Position numbers and translations under genes: made by a program
In this document: positions 10,900-23,338 of the stretch, in pieces
Layout of the letters: each line of letters begins with the position of its first letter
Numbering within the stretch: position 1 is the first letter of the stretch
Origin: Lingula anatina
Taxonomy: Eukaryota > Animalia > Brachiopoda
Reading direction: 5' to 3'
Length of the DNA: 64,000 nt
Assembly: GCA_051362555.1 (NCBI GenBank)
Contig: CM120642.1
Location: 13,640,001-13,704,000, forward strand
The notes under the pieces: generated by a model
Seen by the model: the letters and a program-made list of their open reading frames with translations, nothing else
Database searches by the model: none
Told to the model about the DNA's origin: nothing

Positions 10900-13000
10900 T
10901 CTATTGATATTTTTCCCATCTCATCAATTTTCTTAGTTGGTCATATAAAAATGGCAACAAACTGTTTATTTTGTTTTATGTTTAAAAAATGTTAAAAATG
11001 GAAATAAACCCATTTCAGAACAGTGCTGTCTTGTTTACATTTTGGTATTTTTAAGATGTGACTTTGAAGTTCCATGAGCCTGCAGACCTTTGCTAGTCAC
11101 ATTTTCTGAATATCCATGATACTAATATTTTATTATTAAAAATTGATGGTCATTATGCTGTTAAACATTATGTAATATTGCATCAAAATTTGAAGAAACC
11201 CCTATTTTGGGCACTGCTCTCATGATGACCATTAAACAAAAATCATGTCAATTACTGTTCTCAAACTTACAGGAAAGAAACATGGGTCTAAAATACAGCT
11301 TCAGTAGGCAATGCAGTCTGTTTGTTAATTTTTTCTGGCAGTTAAACAGTTTTTTGTGAAAATTTAATTTTTCACTTTTTGGCATTTTCAAGGTGTGACT
11401 TTGAAGTTTCAAGATCCTGAAGACCTTTGCTTGTCCCGTTTTCTGCATGTCCATGTTACTAATATTCTATTATTAAAAATTGATGGTCATTATACTGTTA
11501 AGCATTATGTAATGTTGCATCAAAATAGAAGAAAACACAATTTTTGGTGCTGCTGCCATGATGACCTTTATGGGAAAACCGTGTTATGACTGTCAAACCT
11601 TTAAAAAAGAAACACAGGACTAAAATGCAGAATGAGTTGGAAAAGCAGTCTAATTGGCTTCTTTTTCTGGAAGTTATACATTTGAGTGAAATATTCATTA
11701 TCTTTTTGGCATATTCATTGTGGGACTCGGCGCTCCCATGGACATGAAGCCAAATGGTGATCAAATTTTCTACATGTCCATGCTATTTATTGTCAATAAT
11801 CAAAAATTGGTGATAATTATTCTATAATTTATTATGTAATGTTACATCAAAATTGACAACAATATTTTTGCATTGCTACTGCAAACATTATGAAAAGAAA
11901 ACTGTGTTACTTATTATTATTTTTAACTTACAAGTATGATTTTTAGGATTGGCATGCAGTTCAAATTAGAAAGCCAGGGCAATTGGTTTATCATTTATTA
12001 TTGAATTTATGCAATTTTGTGTGAAATTTTCATTTTTCTCATTCTGGCACTTTCTAAGTATAAACTTGAACTCTGATGGGCCTGAAGCCTTATGCTTTTA
12101 CTTTCGTCGTTGTTACCTGTTGTGCATAATTAAAATTTGATGTTGACTGTGCAGTAAAACATAATGTATTATTGCATCAGAATTGGTAGTCTCCTATTTT
12201 GTGCATTATTGTTTTGTGCTTTTCTTAAGATGTGACTAAAAATTTGAATAGCAGCTTCATTGAAATTATATTTACCTCAGGCTCTGCCAAGGAGGTTATA
12301 TTTTCACCCCTGTTTGTCTGTCATCAACATAACTCAAAAAGTTATGGACCGATTTTGCTGAAATTTTCAGGAACTGTCAGAATTGGACCAAAGAGGACAA
12401 TGATTAGTTTTTAGTGGTGGTCTGGCTCAAAATTCAATCAATAATCAATAATAATCAACAATTGCTGCCTTGGCAGAGGTCTGCACTCTCGGTGGTTTTC
12501 TAGTTTTGTTATGTTTTCCTTTACAATTTTTTCTCAAACACTTGCATTTGTGACTTTTAACTCTCATCCGCTTGAGGCTCTGCACATTTTCTGTATTTCC
12601 ACATAAGCAATTGCATTGTTTTTTATGTCTTTAAACATTATATAATATTATTTTATGCACTGTCATCATTTTTCAAATATTGAGACTTTCATCATGTGAC
12701 TTTGGTCTCTCATGGTCCTGAAACTGTAATCTTATTGAAGGGGTGGATTGAGACCATCTTCTGGGTCTTCTGGAAGACAGGTTATTAAGTTTATATTGAC
12801 TGGTATCTATTTTTTCTGTTGGAAGACCATCAAAATGGACGATGGATCAACATAGATACTTTGGAATACTGTCAGAAAATATCTCAGGGTCCGCTCCAGT
12901 TATTGACCATGTTACCTGTTGTGCATGATTAAAATTCAGTGTTGACTGACAGTGCTATTTTAAGCATTATTTATTATTGCATCAAAATTGACAAAATGAC
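10900..13000. repeat. Degenerate ~330-bp tandem repeat, interrupted by a HINE-like copy
   Basis: Anchor ATGTAAT.TTGCATCAAAAT recurs at ~11170, 11507, 11834 and 12164, and again at ~12970. GTGACTTTGAAGTT recurs at ~11058 and ~11395. Boundaries are approximate. Confidence 0.6.
12270..12505 (-). mobile_element. Reverse copy of the HINE-like element seen at 482-1109
   Basis: GCCAAGGAGGTTATATTTTCACCCCTGTTTGTCTGTCATCAACATAACTCAAAAAG...GCCTTGGCAGAGGTCTGCACTCTC..TTTTCTAGTT is the reverse complement of that family. Confidence 0.75.
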
Positions 13001-13132
13001 CTTTTTTTATATCTTTATTTTCTGTTTTTTGTCTGTACATTTGACAGCTTTGCTGCCTTGTTAGTTTTAGAAATTGTGTACCAGTTTGCTTTACTGCAAA
13101 TTGAGAGGAACTGTGCGCGCGTTGCACATGTA

Positions 13133-13163
<31 letters not shown>

Positions 13164-13840
13164 TAGAGAGAGAGAGAGAAATGATAAGAGAGAGGGAGAT
13201 CAATACCACAGATTTTTCTTCAAGTTTGTTATGTATGAAAGAAGGAAATGGGGGGATAGAGAAAGAGGGGATTTAACGAGAATATTTCTTTTCAATTTCG
13301 AATGAGCAATTATTAGTTTTTAGAAACAGTTGATTTGATATGTTGAGTGTAAACCTTAGTAACCTCGAATAACCCAGAACAGTTGTTTAGCGAATCTGCA
13401 TTTAATTTTCCGAGAAATCTTCCCCAAAAACCCACCTTAAAAACAACAAACAAGTGTCAACTTATACTTAGATAATGTGACTCCTGCTCAGGAGTCTAAT
13501 GATGCGAGAAACTTGGTATTTGTTCGCCCAAGATCTATTTGTCAGATTTTCGATTAATTGTCGAGAGATAAGAATATTGTTACCCGAGGACTATTTTTAC
13601 CACAAATGAAAAACAAATAATGTTTACTATAAATAGTCTTATCGGTTCAAATAAATCACTGCAATTTCTTCGGTTGGAAGACTCTTTATAAGAATTGTTT
13701 GGACATCTGTAAGTTTAATCAAAGCTACTTGAAGTCTTTCCAAGATGTCACTCCAATGTAACAACATAATCTAAGTCACCAGTTTTGCAATTGGTCAATT
13801 TTTCTTTTGTCAGGCACGCGCACTCAGACACACACACGCA

Positions 13841-13878
<38 letters not shown>

Positions 13879-14245
13879 AAAAAAAACAAAAAAAAAAAAA
13901 CATGCGTTTCTTAAATAACATGCTTTTTTTCAATGTTGTCAGTGATTATGAATCCCTGGAAAATTTGCATTAGGTTTGATATGTTCTAATTAAATTTGCC
14001 TTAAAAAATCCCTCAGACATTCTTGTTCTCTCTATCCCCGAAAGGATGCAGAAATAATTTATATGACAGTAAATCACAATTTACAAAGTATTTACGCCTT
14101 GCTCTCAGTAACACAGTTACAAGGCACTTACCGCTATTAATTTACATTATCCTTGGTTTGACTAATGACCACTGTTGTTGCTAACACTAAATTATTATCC
14201 CATCTCTTTTTCTTTCTCTCTCTCCCCCTCTCTCCCTTCCCCCCT

Positions 14246-14296
<51 letters not shown>

Positions 14297-14641
14297 TAAG
14301 ACACCAGTGACACACAAATACACGCAAAGGCACGTGAACAAGCAGACACAGAACGGGTTAGATTTGTACATCCCACAATTTCGGAAGCGGGATTTAATTG
14401 TTTACTTATGATATTTATATCTACAAAGATTGCATTTATTCATACTAATCGCGTTTTATTTATTGTGAGGTTTGTCTAGCATAGGCTAGTATAACGACAC
14501 GCCTTTGAACGTTATTTTTACGATTTTCTTAATCCTCTAGAAGGGCCACAGATTGATTTTCACTAGATATTCACAGATATGTCTTTGGATAGTTCTTTAC
14601 ATTTTTTCTGTGCAGTCCAGCAATTTTTGCATGGAATAAAA

Positions 14642-14822
14642 CAGGCCGTAGCCAGGGGTTTCAAACCAGTCGCCCTTTTTGCCAGTAAAAGGTCTGCTCT
14701 GGATAAAATTTGATCTAGATACCGGGAGGGGGGGGGGGGGGGTTCATGTAAAAGTCCACGTTCTCAGAAAAAGACCCCCCCCCCCGCCCCCCCCCCCTTT
14801 GAAATTGCTGGCTGCAGGTCCG
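14642..14822. mobile_element. Small G/C-run MITE (CAGG.CGTAGCC-type termini)
   Basis: Begins CAGGCCGTAGCCAGGGG and ends GGCTGCAGGTCCG, with internal poly-G and poly-C runs. Related termini occur at ~33640 and ~56333. No clear TSD. Confidence 0.45.
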
Positions 14823-15342
14823 ATAAATGTCATCACCCATTTTCCCTTTATATTAGTATAGAGTACGGTTTCATCGCCACCTCTTTTCTTCTACAGCATT
14901 TTCAATCATTTTACCCTCCTAGCTGAATACATAGCATATCTTCTTCAGGTCAATCATTTTTCCTCAATCTCTCCAAACTATCTTATATGATGACGACAGA
15001 TTATGTGCACAGCATGCTGCAGTAATTGTGATGATTAAATGAAATACAGGACACCATGTTAATTGTATTTACTATTTTATGAACTACTATACCTTTCTCA
15101 TCGGTGGAATCAGGTCTACAACTTGAGATTGCTTCTCTTCAGGCCGTCCATAATGCAGGTATATATTTATTTACCATATAATGAAATACATGTGCGAGTA
15201 CACTGTTGTTAAAAAGCATTGGCACACCTTTGGTTTTCTTATATTTCATTTTTGGGACAATTTCCTTTGGTTTTGAGAGAAAATTATGTGGAGCTGTATT
15301 TGGTAGTCCTCATGGCACGAGTTCCCGTCGGTAATGAATAAC

Positions 15343-15897
15343 TGGGGAGTGTTAGGCATAAAAGAGGCGTTTTTGTTTTAAAGATCGATAACGTTTATTA
15401 TGTAGAATGTATCAATACAAAAAAATGCGTAAAATTCATAATGTAACAGATTTCGTTAGAAGGGAACATTTTCCAGACTCTTAGAAGCGATAAACATACT
15501 GTACGGTTAAAGGTCAAGATCAGTGTAAAAAAAAACGTGCATTCGACGTTCCCAAAACTGTTCACTGCCCCCATCCTCTTCCAGCTCAAGAGCTTTCTTG
15601 GTACATGTTATATATAATGTGTCAGGTGCGACGTCACGCATTTTACCAAGGAGCCTGGCGATCCAGATACGTATGTAAATGTAGGCATATCTTATGCGAA
15701 TTCTGTTTTCTGTATATTCTAACAGTTTCTCTTAATGAAGAGTTACGCATCAAGTTTCCCTCTGACACATGCCTTTACTTAAGGATAAAAATAATGATTT
15801 AAATCCAATTTGCGGCGTGAAAAAGCACTTGTTTGTTTCATGATAAATGTACCTGCTTAAAAAAAAAAAACAGCTGGGCAGTCTCTAACACTCCCCA
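15343..15897. mobile_element. Candidate MITE with 13-bp perfect inverted termini
   Basis: TGGGGAGTGTTAG (15343-15355) and CTAACACTCCCCA (15885-15897). TSD not resolved. Confidence 0.45.
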
Positions 15898-17153
15898 CAA
15901 TATCATTAACACGGAAAAACACAGGCTTGCGTTCAAAACATATTTGCTTATGTTTTATTGATATTTAACAAATATTTACATAACTATATTTACCCTGGTG
16001 ACTGAGAAAAATCAGTACTAACAGTGCTCTTGATGACAAAGACAACATTAGATATCACCAAATACGTCCTTTATACAGTCATCTTTACACATGAAATATT
16101 TAACAACGTTGCGCAAATTTTCAATCAATCGTAAGGGCACCGTGGGCTTAACGGAAATTATTGAGAGAGAGAGAGAGAGAGAGTGCACTGCAAGAGAAAG
16201 TCAGACAACGAACTTCCTTTTTATCTGCAATATGTCGTTATTTGAAACATTAAGGATATTCTTGTTGTGGCAGAGGTCAATTGAATGGTGACATGCATGT
16301 ACATTTTCGTCTCTAAAGATTTGTTTTACCACTGAAAACTGTCTTAAAGGCCTCATTCACAACAAACATTAGAATATTTACATGTTAACAAAAATTCTAT
16401 TAAGAATACAGATAGCATCAATATCTAGTAGAACAGAAAATTCCTTAAAACGTTTGTCTATATCTTCACATTTGTTCTCAAAGTTCATTTTGTTCCAATC
16501 AATCTAGATGGCAAAATTTCAATTGGGGGTATTTTTTTGCCAAAATATCATCACAACAAAATCAAAATAATTCAGCTGTAGGCTTGGTTTAAGTAAGCCT
16601 AACTTTGAAATAATAATTAGTGATTTTTTCCACGCCTATCTTGTATAAAATGTCATAAATCTTTGCCCCAATGTTCAGCGCCAACGTCTTAAATTTTAAA
16701 TCTACTTACGTGCTCACTTTTGGGACACCGACCTTGGCTTGGTGAAGTTTAGTTGACATATATTGGGCTATGAAAATGATGAAACTGGTCGGATGGAATT
16801 GCAAGTTTAATATGTAATGGATATTTTAGCCTTATTCGCCAATAAAAAATTGGTCCAAACATGTGCTGTTTTCATGAAAAGACATGTGGGTCCAGAACTG
16901 ATCCTTCGGTATTATGCTGTATGTGATATAGTACAAACACAAACATAAATTAATGGCACTTAAAAAATCTTAGCAAAATTGGCGTTGCTTATGTCCACAC
17001 ACAAGCATAGAACATGTTCTACCCCCTTCAATATTTTGTGCATCATATTGCAATATTGTACAAAAGGTTTGCATCAGACGTAAAGATAAAGGTTTCGATC
17101 AATATCTTGTTCTATCTGAGCTGTAAAGCATACAGTATATCTATTGCATGTAT

Positions 17154-18455
17154 TTATTGGCAGGATGAAGAATAGAATTTACAGACAAAATCATACACTA
17201 CACTGCATATATCATCATACCATTGCCCATGAGTTGACTCGTCTTCATTCAGTCTTACTGCAAGGACCAGGCAGTTGCCATAGCCAGTGGGGTTGGACGG
17301 GGCCCAGTCCATGTACGTCACGTTCGTACCAGTGTGGTTCCATATGAAATGACCATCTGTCAAGTGACGAGTTCCGTCAATCCAAAAATGCGCTGTAATA
17401 GATTGTTATGCTGATAAACAGGGGAATTCGTTTGCTTATAGTGTGTGTGTGTGTTTACTGTTGCCCGAAGTTGTAAGTGAACCATTAGTTTTTTCCAGTA
17501 TTTTTAATCTTCCCGTTATGTTATCAGAATTATCATTTATCATGTTTTGAAAGTTTAAAACAATGGAACAATGTATGTAGTAGTGAAGCTAAATCTACAT
17601 GTACGTGTAAGTGAATGAACATTAATTTGTGATAATATAGGCATTTACTTCCTCCACTCCTATATACATGAGTTACAACCAAGTCGTTCTCTTCTGCCGA
17701 TCCTATGGTCGTTAGGAAGACACCTGGGCCGAACGATTGACAGTAGTCATTGGCGTCTGTCCATGCCTTGTTAGTGCCGTGCAAATACCAATGGTTTCCA
17801 AGTTGTACGAAGCCGTCGGGGACTGTTTTAAACGAAAATAAGATCATTTTCTTTTCAAGTGCTTGGATTAACGCAACCCAGTCGTAGAAAAAAAAAGAAC
17901 ATGTCATGATTTATTTTTAATCTGAGGCGTACCTCGCATTTCGCAAAATGATAGCGAGCTACTGAAATGTGACCATTTTTTTTTTTTTGGTAAAGAATCA
18001 TTCCATAGGGATTTCCGACTTTAAAGTTTACTTTTGTTACTTTCCACCATTAGATCAATTAATTCAAAACATTGATAGGGCTATTTGCTAAAATGCCTTC
18101 AATAATTACCGTCCTAAAGAACTCCCCGCGCCCCTAGCTGGTTTTATAGGATTTATCCTATAGGGCATTTTTTTCAAATCCTAGATTTGCAGATTTGCAC
18201 ATACACAGAATTAATAAGGAACCGACTGTTTTGGTATGAGTTATCTTTTTCCCAGGGAACCTACAATACGTTTGTTGTCAGTGCATTTGTTAGTACTTGC
18301 AGCTGATATTTCTTGTTTTGGAAATTCATTTTTATACGTAATATTGCTGAACTTACCAGTTAAATTTAGCTGATTGCAAAAATTGGTTTCATTCCTAGCA
18401 GGAACCTGAAAAAAAACACATATTAAACATAAATATATATATTATATACGTAATA

Positions 18456-18539
<84 letters not shown>

Positions 18540-19110
18540 AATGCACTCTGCTGAAATAAGAGCTATATTTTCTACGTCATATTACTTTATGCGTCTTAAT
18601 TTTTCCAGATTAAAAACATCTTTAAAAAAAGAGAATACAGGAACATTAAAATTAACCCATTGGACTTTGGGTGCAGAATTTTATTTGGGACGTATACAAA
18701 ATAAAGTTAAAGTTTGGTTTCTAATACAAGTAAGCTTAATGGTGTCAAAATCCACGCACTGATTAATAAAAACTTACTTTTTTAAGGTACTGAAATCCCT
18801 CCCGATAAATCAGCTTATCTGGCACCGCTATTTCACTTATCAGCTCACACACCCACGATCCACTTATTTTCCCCAAGTTCAGAGACACACACCTTGGGTC
18901 ATGCAGACAAAAAACGGTGCACTCCAATTTGGAGCGAACCTCGTAACTGCCAATGAGAGAACCATTGAGGGAAAGGTTGACGTTTGCGGTTCCTTCCACG
19001 GTCTGTTCTGTTTGAAACGTGGCGCTGGGCAAACTGTTCGCTTGTCCGTACGAGAGCCAGGACAGCAAAGCGGTGAAAACTGACCAGCGGTGACTATAGC
19101 GGTTGTCCAT
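17154..19110 (-). CDS. Lectin L1: secreted PAN/Apple-like domain + C-type lectin domain (~264 aa)
   Basis: Exons 19110-18778 (signal + ECTVFCLHDPRCVSLNL..CEL), 18405-18357 (49 nt), 17822-17649 (PDGF..WTDANDYC..LTTIGSAEEN) and 17392-17154 (FWIDG..W..NC..WYDDIC..FVCK). GT-AG sites, 795 nt in frame. Confidence 0.9.
18457..18534. repeat. (CA)n(TA)n microsatellite
   Basis: Directly visible dinucleotide runs in L1 intron 1. Confidence 0.95.
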
Positions 19111-20894
19111 GGCGAGTATACTGTCCTACGGGTTGATGTTATTAAACGTCGCCAATGGAATATTTCAAACCAAAGCGTACACAATGTATGTCTGTAGCGT
19201 ACGTTTTTAAATAAACCTTTGCCCTTTTATTGTTTTTATGTTCCCTAAATCACGAGAAGCTGGATTATTTTGTACATACATACAGTTCACAGAAGTGCAG
19301 AAGATCTATGAGTTGAACATCATAATGTGGGTATGCGCAGATTCTGGCGACTCTCAAAGTAGGCTGCACTCCCCAAATGCATTCATTAATCCACTGCCGA
19401 ATTAAAAAGTCGGCTTTGGGTAAAACAAATAATGAAATCGAAGATTTTTGAAAATAGGTTGACGTAGACTTATGCAGTCTGACTTGGTTGATAAAACGGC
19501 CTTCGGGAAAAGAATGAAGATGTTTACACTGGTGGAGTAATTCAGTATTTTTAAAAGAAATTGTCATATATTATCAATTATTATGGGAAAATTCATTGAC
19601 CGCGCTGCAGGGCAGTGGAGGCATCTCAGTATATGTGACCCCGGATATTATTAGCAATGACATGCTCTGCCGTGATAGCATTCATAGTTTTTGACGTCGT
19701 TTACTTGAAGAAAACATTTATCTTCTAGTCGAACGTGTTTTATGAGAAATATAATGAATGGACGATTTGGGATATGTCCAGATTATGCAAATGTGCCAGA
19801 GGCTAAATATTATTTAAATATTTAAAGTATCAACAATATACGACGTCATTTACCTCGCTTTACTTTAATTTTAATTAAAAGATATTAATACATGCTCGCT
19901 AAAGTCAGTCGAAATTCTTATGTGTTTAACAATATTAAAACCATGGTCTAGTTAAATTACAAAAACTGTTGATAAGCACACAGTGTGCCGACTTTGTGAG
20001 CCTACAATGCGGTTAAAATCTGTTTGTCACATGAAAATTGGCAAGCCCCGAAGTTATGAAGATAAGGTGTCTTGTTTTTTTTTTTTTTAAGAATTAAAAT
20101 CGGTAAGAGTAGGCAATGTTGATTTATCCGTTTTTTTTTATTGGGAACTTTAATAATATGATTTTTTTTACCTTCGATGTCCGGCAAAATGAAAGGATAA
20201 CCCTATTGATTAGAGCTGATACTCATCAGGGCTGGATGGGGTGAAAAGGGCACAGTCCGACACACCATACGTGTACCCTTCTGATAGTCCCTATAAATAC
20301 TTAAAGCTGTCCTTTTCTTTAGATTACACTGTAATGTTTAGTTTATGATGCTATAGCTAAGCAAACCGACCACGTCGGATCATCTCTCTCTCCCTCTCAA
20401 TGCGTGTCAATAAACTGTGTTTGCTGCGACAGATTATGGCCATTGTCTTTTTTTATTAGCACTTTTCATTGCAAATGCTACTTTTTGCAATAGAAGAATA
20501 CAGGAATGGAATACTGTGGTTATTTAAATCGTTTTACTCCAAATATAACACCCATGCTTTTGTATTACACTCAAAAGAGAAAAATCAATAATATTTGTAT
20601 GAGATTGATAATAAAGACGACCAACCCTTTCGCGTGAAATGCATTACTGGGAATTCGCAAGGATAAAATGTAATTATGACACATGAAATTACCAAATAAC
20701 TTTTTATTAAGTCATTTTTGCATAAAACATTGTGTATATTCACTCAATTGTCAGAGAAATGTCGCCTAGGGCTAAACAGAAATTGTAGAGAATTAAGAGT
20801 GACAGTTCATGTGACAGCGTACTGCAAAAGAAAGTCAGACAATAGAATTTCCTTTCATCTGTAAATTTTCGCTATTTCAAATATTTAGGATATA

Positions 20895-22553
20895 CAGGGT
20901 TACTACTTAATATGGAATATTTTTTATCATTGTTATTTTTGAGTGGCGATTATAAATCTTTTGGCTTAATTCATCAAAAAAAGTATGTCATTGAGTGATA
21001 AAAATATCCAGTCTTCTATTGTGAGATATTTTGGTCAATAATATCAAATCTGACATAAGACGTCATTCAAAAGAAAAGAACAGCCCCAGAAAACCATATC
21101 AACAGTTTGATGTCAATATTATTTTAAGCTAAGATATTAAAGAAAATGATAGCCTCCGGACAGTGATATATTACACAGTCAAAGAACACATTGCAGTAAA
21201 TCATGAAAAGTCATCAATAGCGGGTATCACCTCCAGCAGCCGCTTGCAGCGCCCTCATCCTACATGGCATACCCTGTGACAAGTTTTTTGGAGTTTGGAT
21301 GGGGATATCATTCCATGCAGTGATATTTGCCTGTCGTAGTTCATCCACATTTACCGGCCGATGACCATAGCTATTAATTCTGTGAGTTACTTCCGCCCAC
21401 AGATTTTCAATTGGGTTCATATCTGGGGAGTTTGCACGCCAGGGCAGTTGCTGAACCGATTGGTTTCGAAGAAAAACAGTGATTCTGCGGTCCCGATGTG
21501 TGAATGCGCAGTCGTCTTGATACACAAAGTTGTTCATGAAGATGACTCTTACAAATCGAAGCATTGTTTGCTGTAGAATGTCTCTGTAGGAACCCTGGTT
21601 GAGGTTGCCTCCTAAAAAAACCAACTGGTTCTGGTCACCGGCATGAAATGCTCCAAAAACAGAGACGTTACCACCCCCTGCTTACACCCTAGGCAGTGCA
21701 CAATCATCGTGTTATGCCTCTCGTACACGTCGGCGGATACGAATTCGACCGTCATCCCTAAAAACTCCATATCTGGCCTCATCACCGAAAACGACGTGAT
21801 TCCAGAGTTTTGGCTGAAAACGCACGTGGTCCCCAGCCCATACAGACGTCGCTGTATATGACCTGCTGTTAACAGTGGTTTCCCTACTGGTCTTCGTGCA
21901 AAATAACCGGCTTGCAGTGATCTCTTGTTAACGAGGGACCTTCAAACGGGTATTTGAATGGCATCCTGCCATTCTTTTCTGAGGACACTGGTTGTCTTTG
22001 TACGACCAGCACGGCGCACTCTAAGGAGAAGGCGATCCTGTCTTCTTGGTGTGATACGCGGACACCCTGGTAGAGTTATTGGAGTAGGTGCCCCTGTTGC
22101 AGCATTTCTTTGGAGGACTTAACTAACGGTTCCAGATAAATGTTGAATTACCTGGCAATGGCTGTCGGTTTCTGGCAATTTTCTCTGAGAGCAAGAATCC
22201 CATAGTAAGCTGCGTTGCTTAGCTGTCGAACCATATCTTCACTAAGGTACCTGTCAAGTTTCAGAGCGATCCCTTTGTTGCTTCTCTAAACACACTCCAA
22301 AGATTGAACGAACCCATGCGTTTTTATACAAGGGCAGAAATTGCCGAAAAGACCACCCCTCACATTTCTGACCACAGAACATGCAACTGCATGCATCAAT
22401 TGCTTCGAGAATTGTGTGGTAATTAGGTAACACACCTGGCTACACATGGAGTGACACCTCATTTTTGGATTTAAAGTAGTTGGAGAGAAAATAAATATTT
22501 TGTAGAAAATTTTCTTGCCAAAAAATAATATTCCATATTAAGTAGTAACCCTG
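20895..22553 (-). mobile_element. Full-length but decayed Tc1-family (DD34E) DNA transposon
   Basis: 27-bp perfect TIRs CAGGGTTACTACTTAATATGGAATATT with TA TSDs (20893-20894, 22554-22555). Paralogous spacers (~26955, ~32235, ~34210) show the empty site. Confidence 0.93.
21214..22234 (-). pseudogene. Frameshifted Tc1 transposase
   Basis: Probable start MVRQLSN at 22234. Motifs VVFGDEA, VYQDDCAFTH and WRANSPDMNPIENLW are present (34 residues between the second catalytic D and E) but are split across frames. Confidence 0.85.
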
Positions 22554-23338
22554 TACTTGATTGTCGCGGAATTAAGTCAATTGAATCTTGACCTACATGT
22601 ACATTTTCGCCTCAAAAGATTTGTTTTTACCACTTAATACCTGCTAAGAGGTGTCATTTACAATAGATATTAAGATATGCACATGTTATCAAAATGCTAA
22701 TAAGAATACAGGTAGTACGACTACCGAGGAGAACAGAAATTCCGTAAAATATTTCTTCTTATCTTCAGATATGTTCTCAAAGTACATTTTGTTCCATTCT
22801 TATCTAGATGACAAAGTTCCTACTGGGAGTATTTCGGTGCATTACACCGATATTAAAATAATGCAACTTGATGCTTGGTTTAAGTTTTGTCTCCACTCCT
22901 ATCTTGTATAAAATGGCGCATATCAGTGTTCGAGGTACAGTGCCAACGTCTTATTTTCATATCTCCTTACGAACGCACACTTTTCGGTAAAGTTACCTCA
23001 GTGTCCATATATGGGGATCGATATGAGAATGAAGAAACTGGTTCGTGTCGGCTGTGAAACTCAGGTTTCATAACTTATGGGCACTGATCATTTGAAATTT
23101 TGCTGTATACGTTACGGTACAAAAAACAAGTACAAAGGGCCGGAAACATACGGTAGATGCACGGATCAATCTAGCACAATTGGAGTGGAGTTGTTGACGC
23201 CTACATACTACTGTAGAAAATGTTCCACCTCTTTGCCCTTTGTGAAAAAATTGCATTAATATTGTACAATGTTTGCATCAGACGGAGAGTCACTGGTTTC
23301 GAACAATCTTTAAACAGAGCTGTAATTAAATCCTACAT

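Noticed and set aside
13015-14411. Several 60-80 aa ORFs rich in HT/CV/ER/SL
   Set aside because: Translations of (CA)n/(GA)n microsatellites; the same applies to the ORFs at ~44720, 45248, 52011-52620 and 58768-59574.
15572-15588. CTCTTCCAGCTCA resembling the 3' half of a protostome miRNA (miR-750, from memory)
   Set aside because: The seed region does not match, no precursor hairpin was seen, and it lies inside a candidate MITE.
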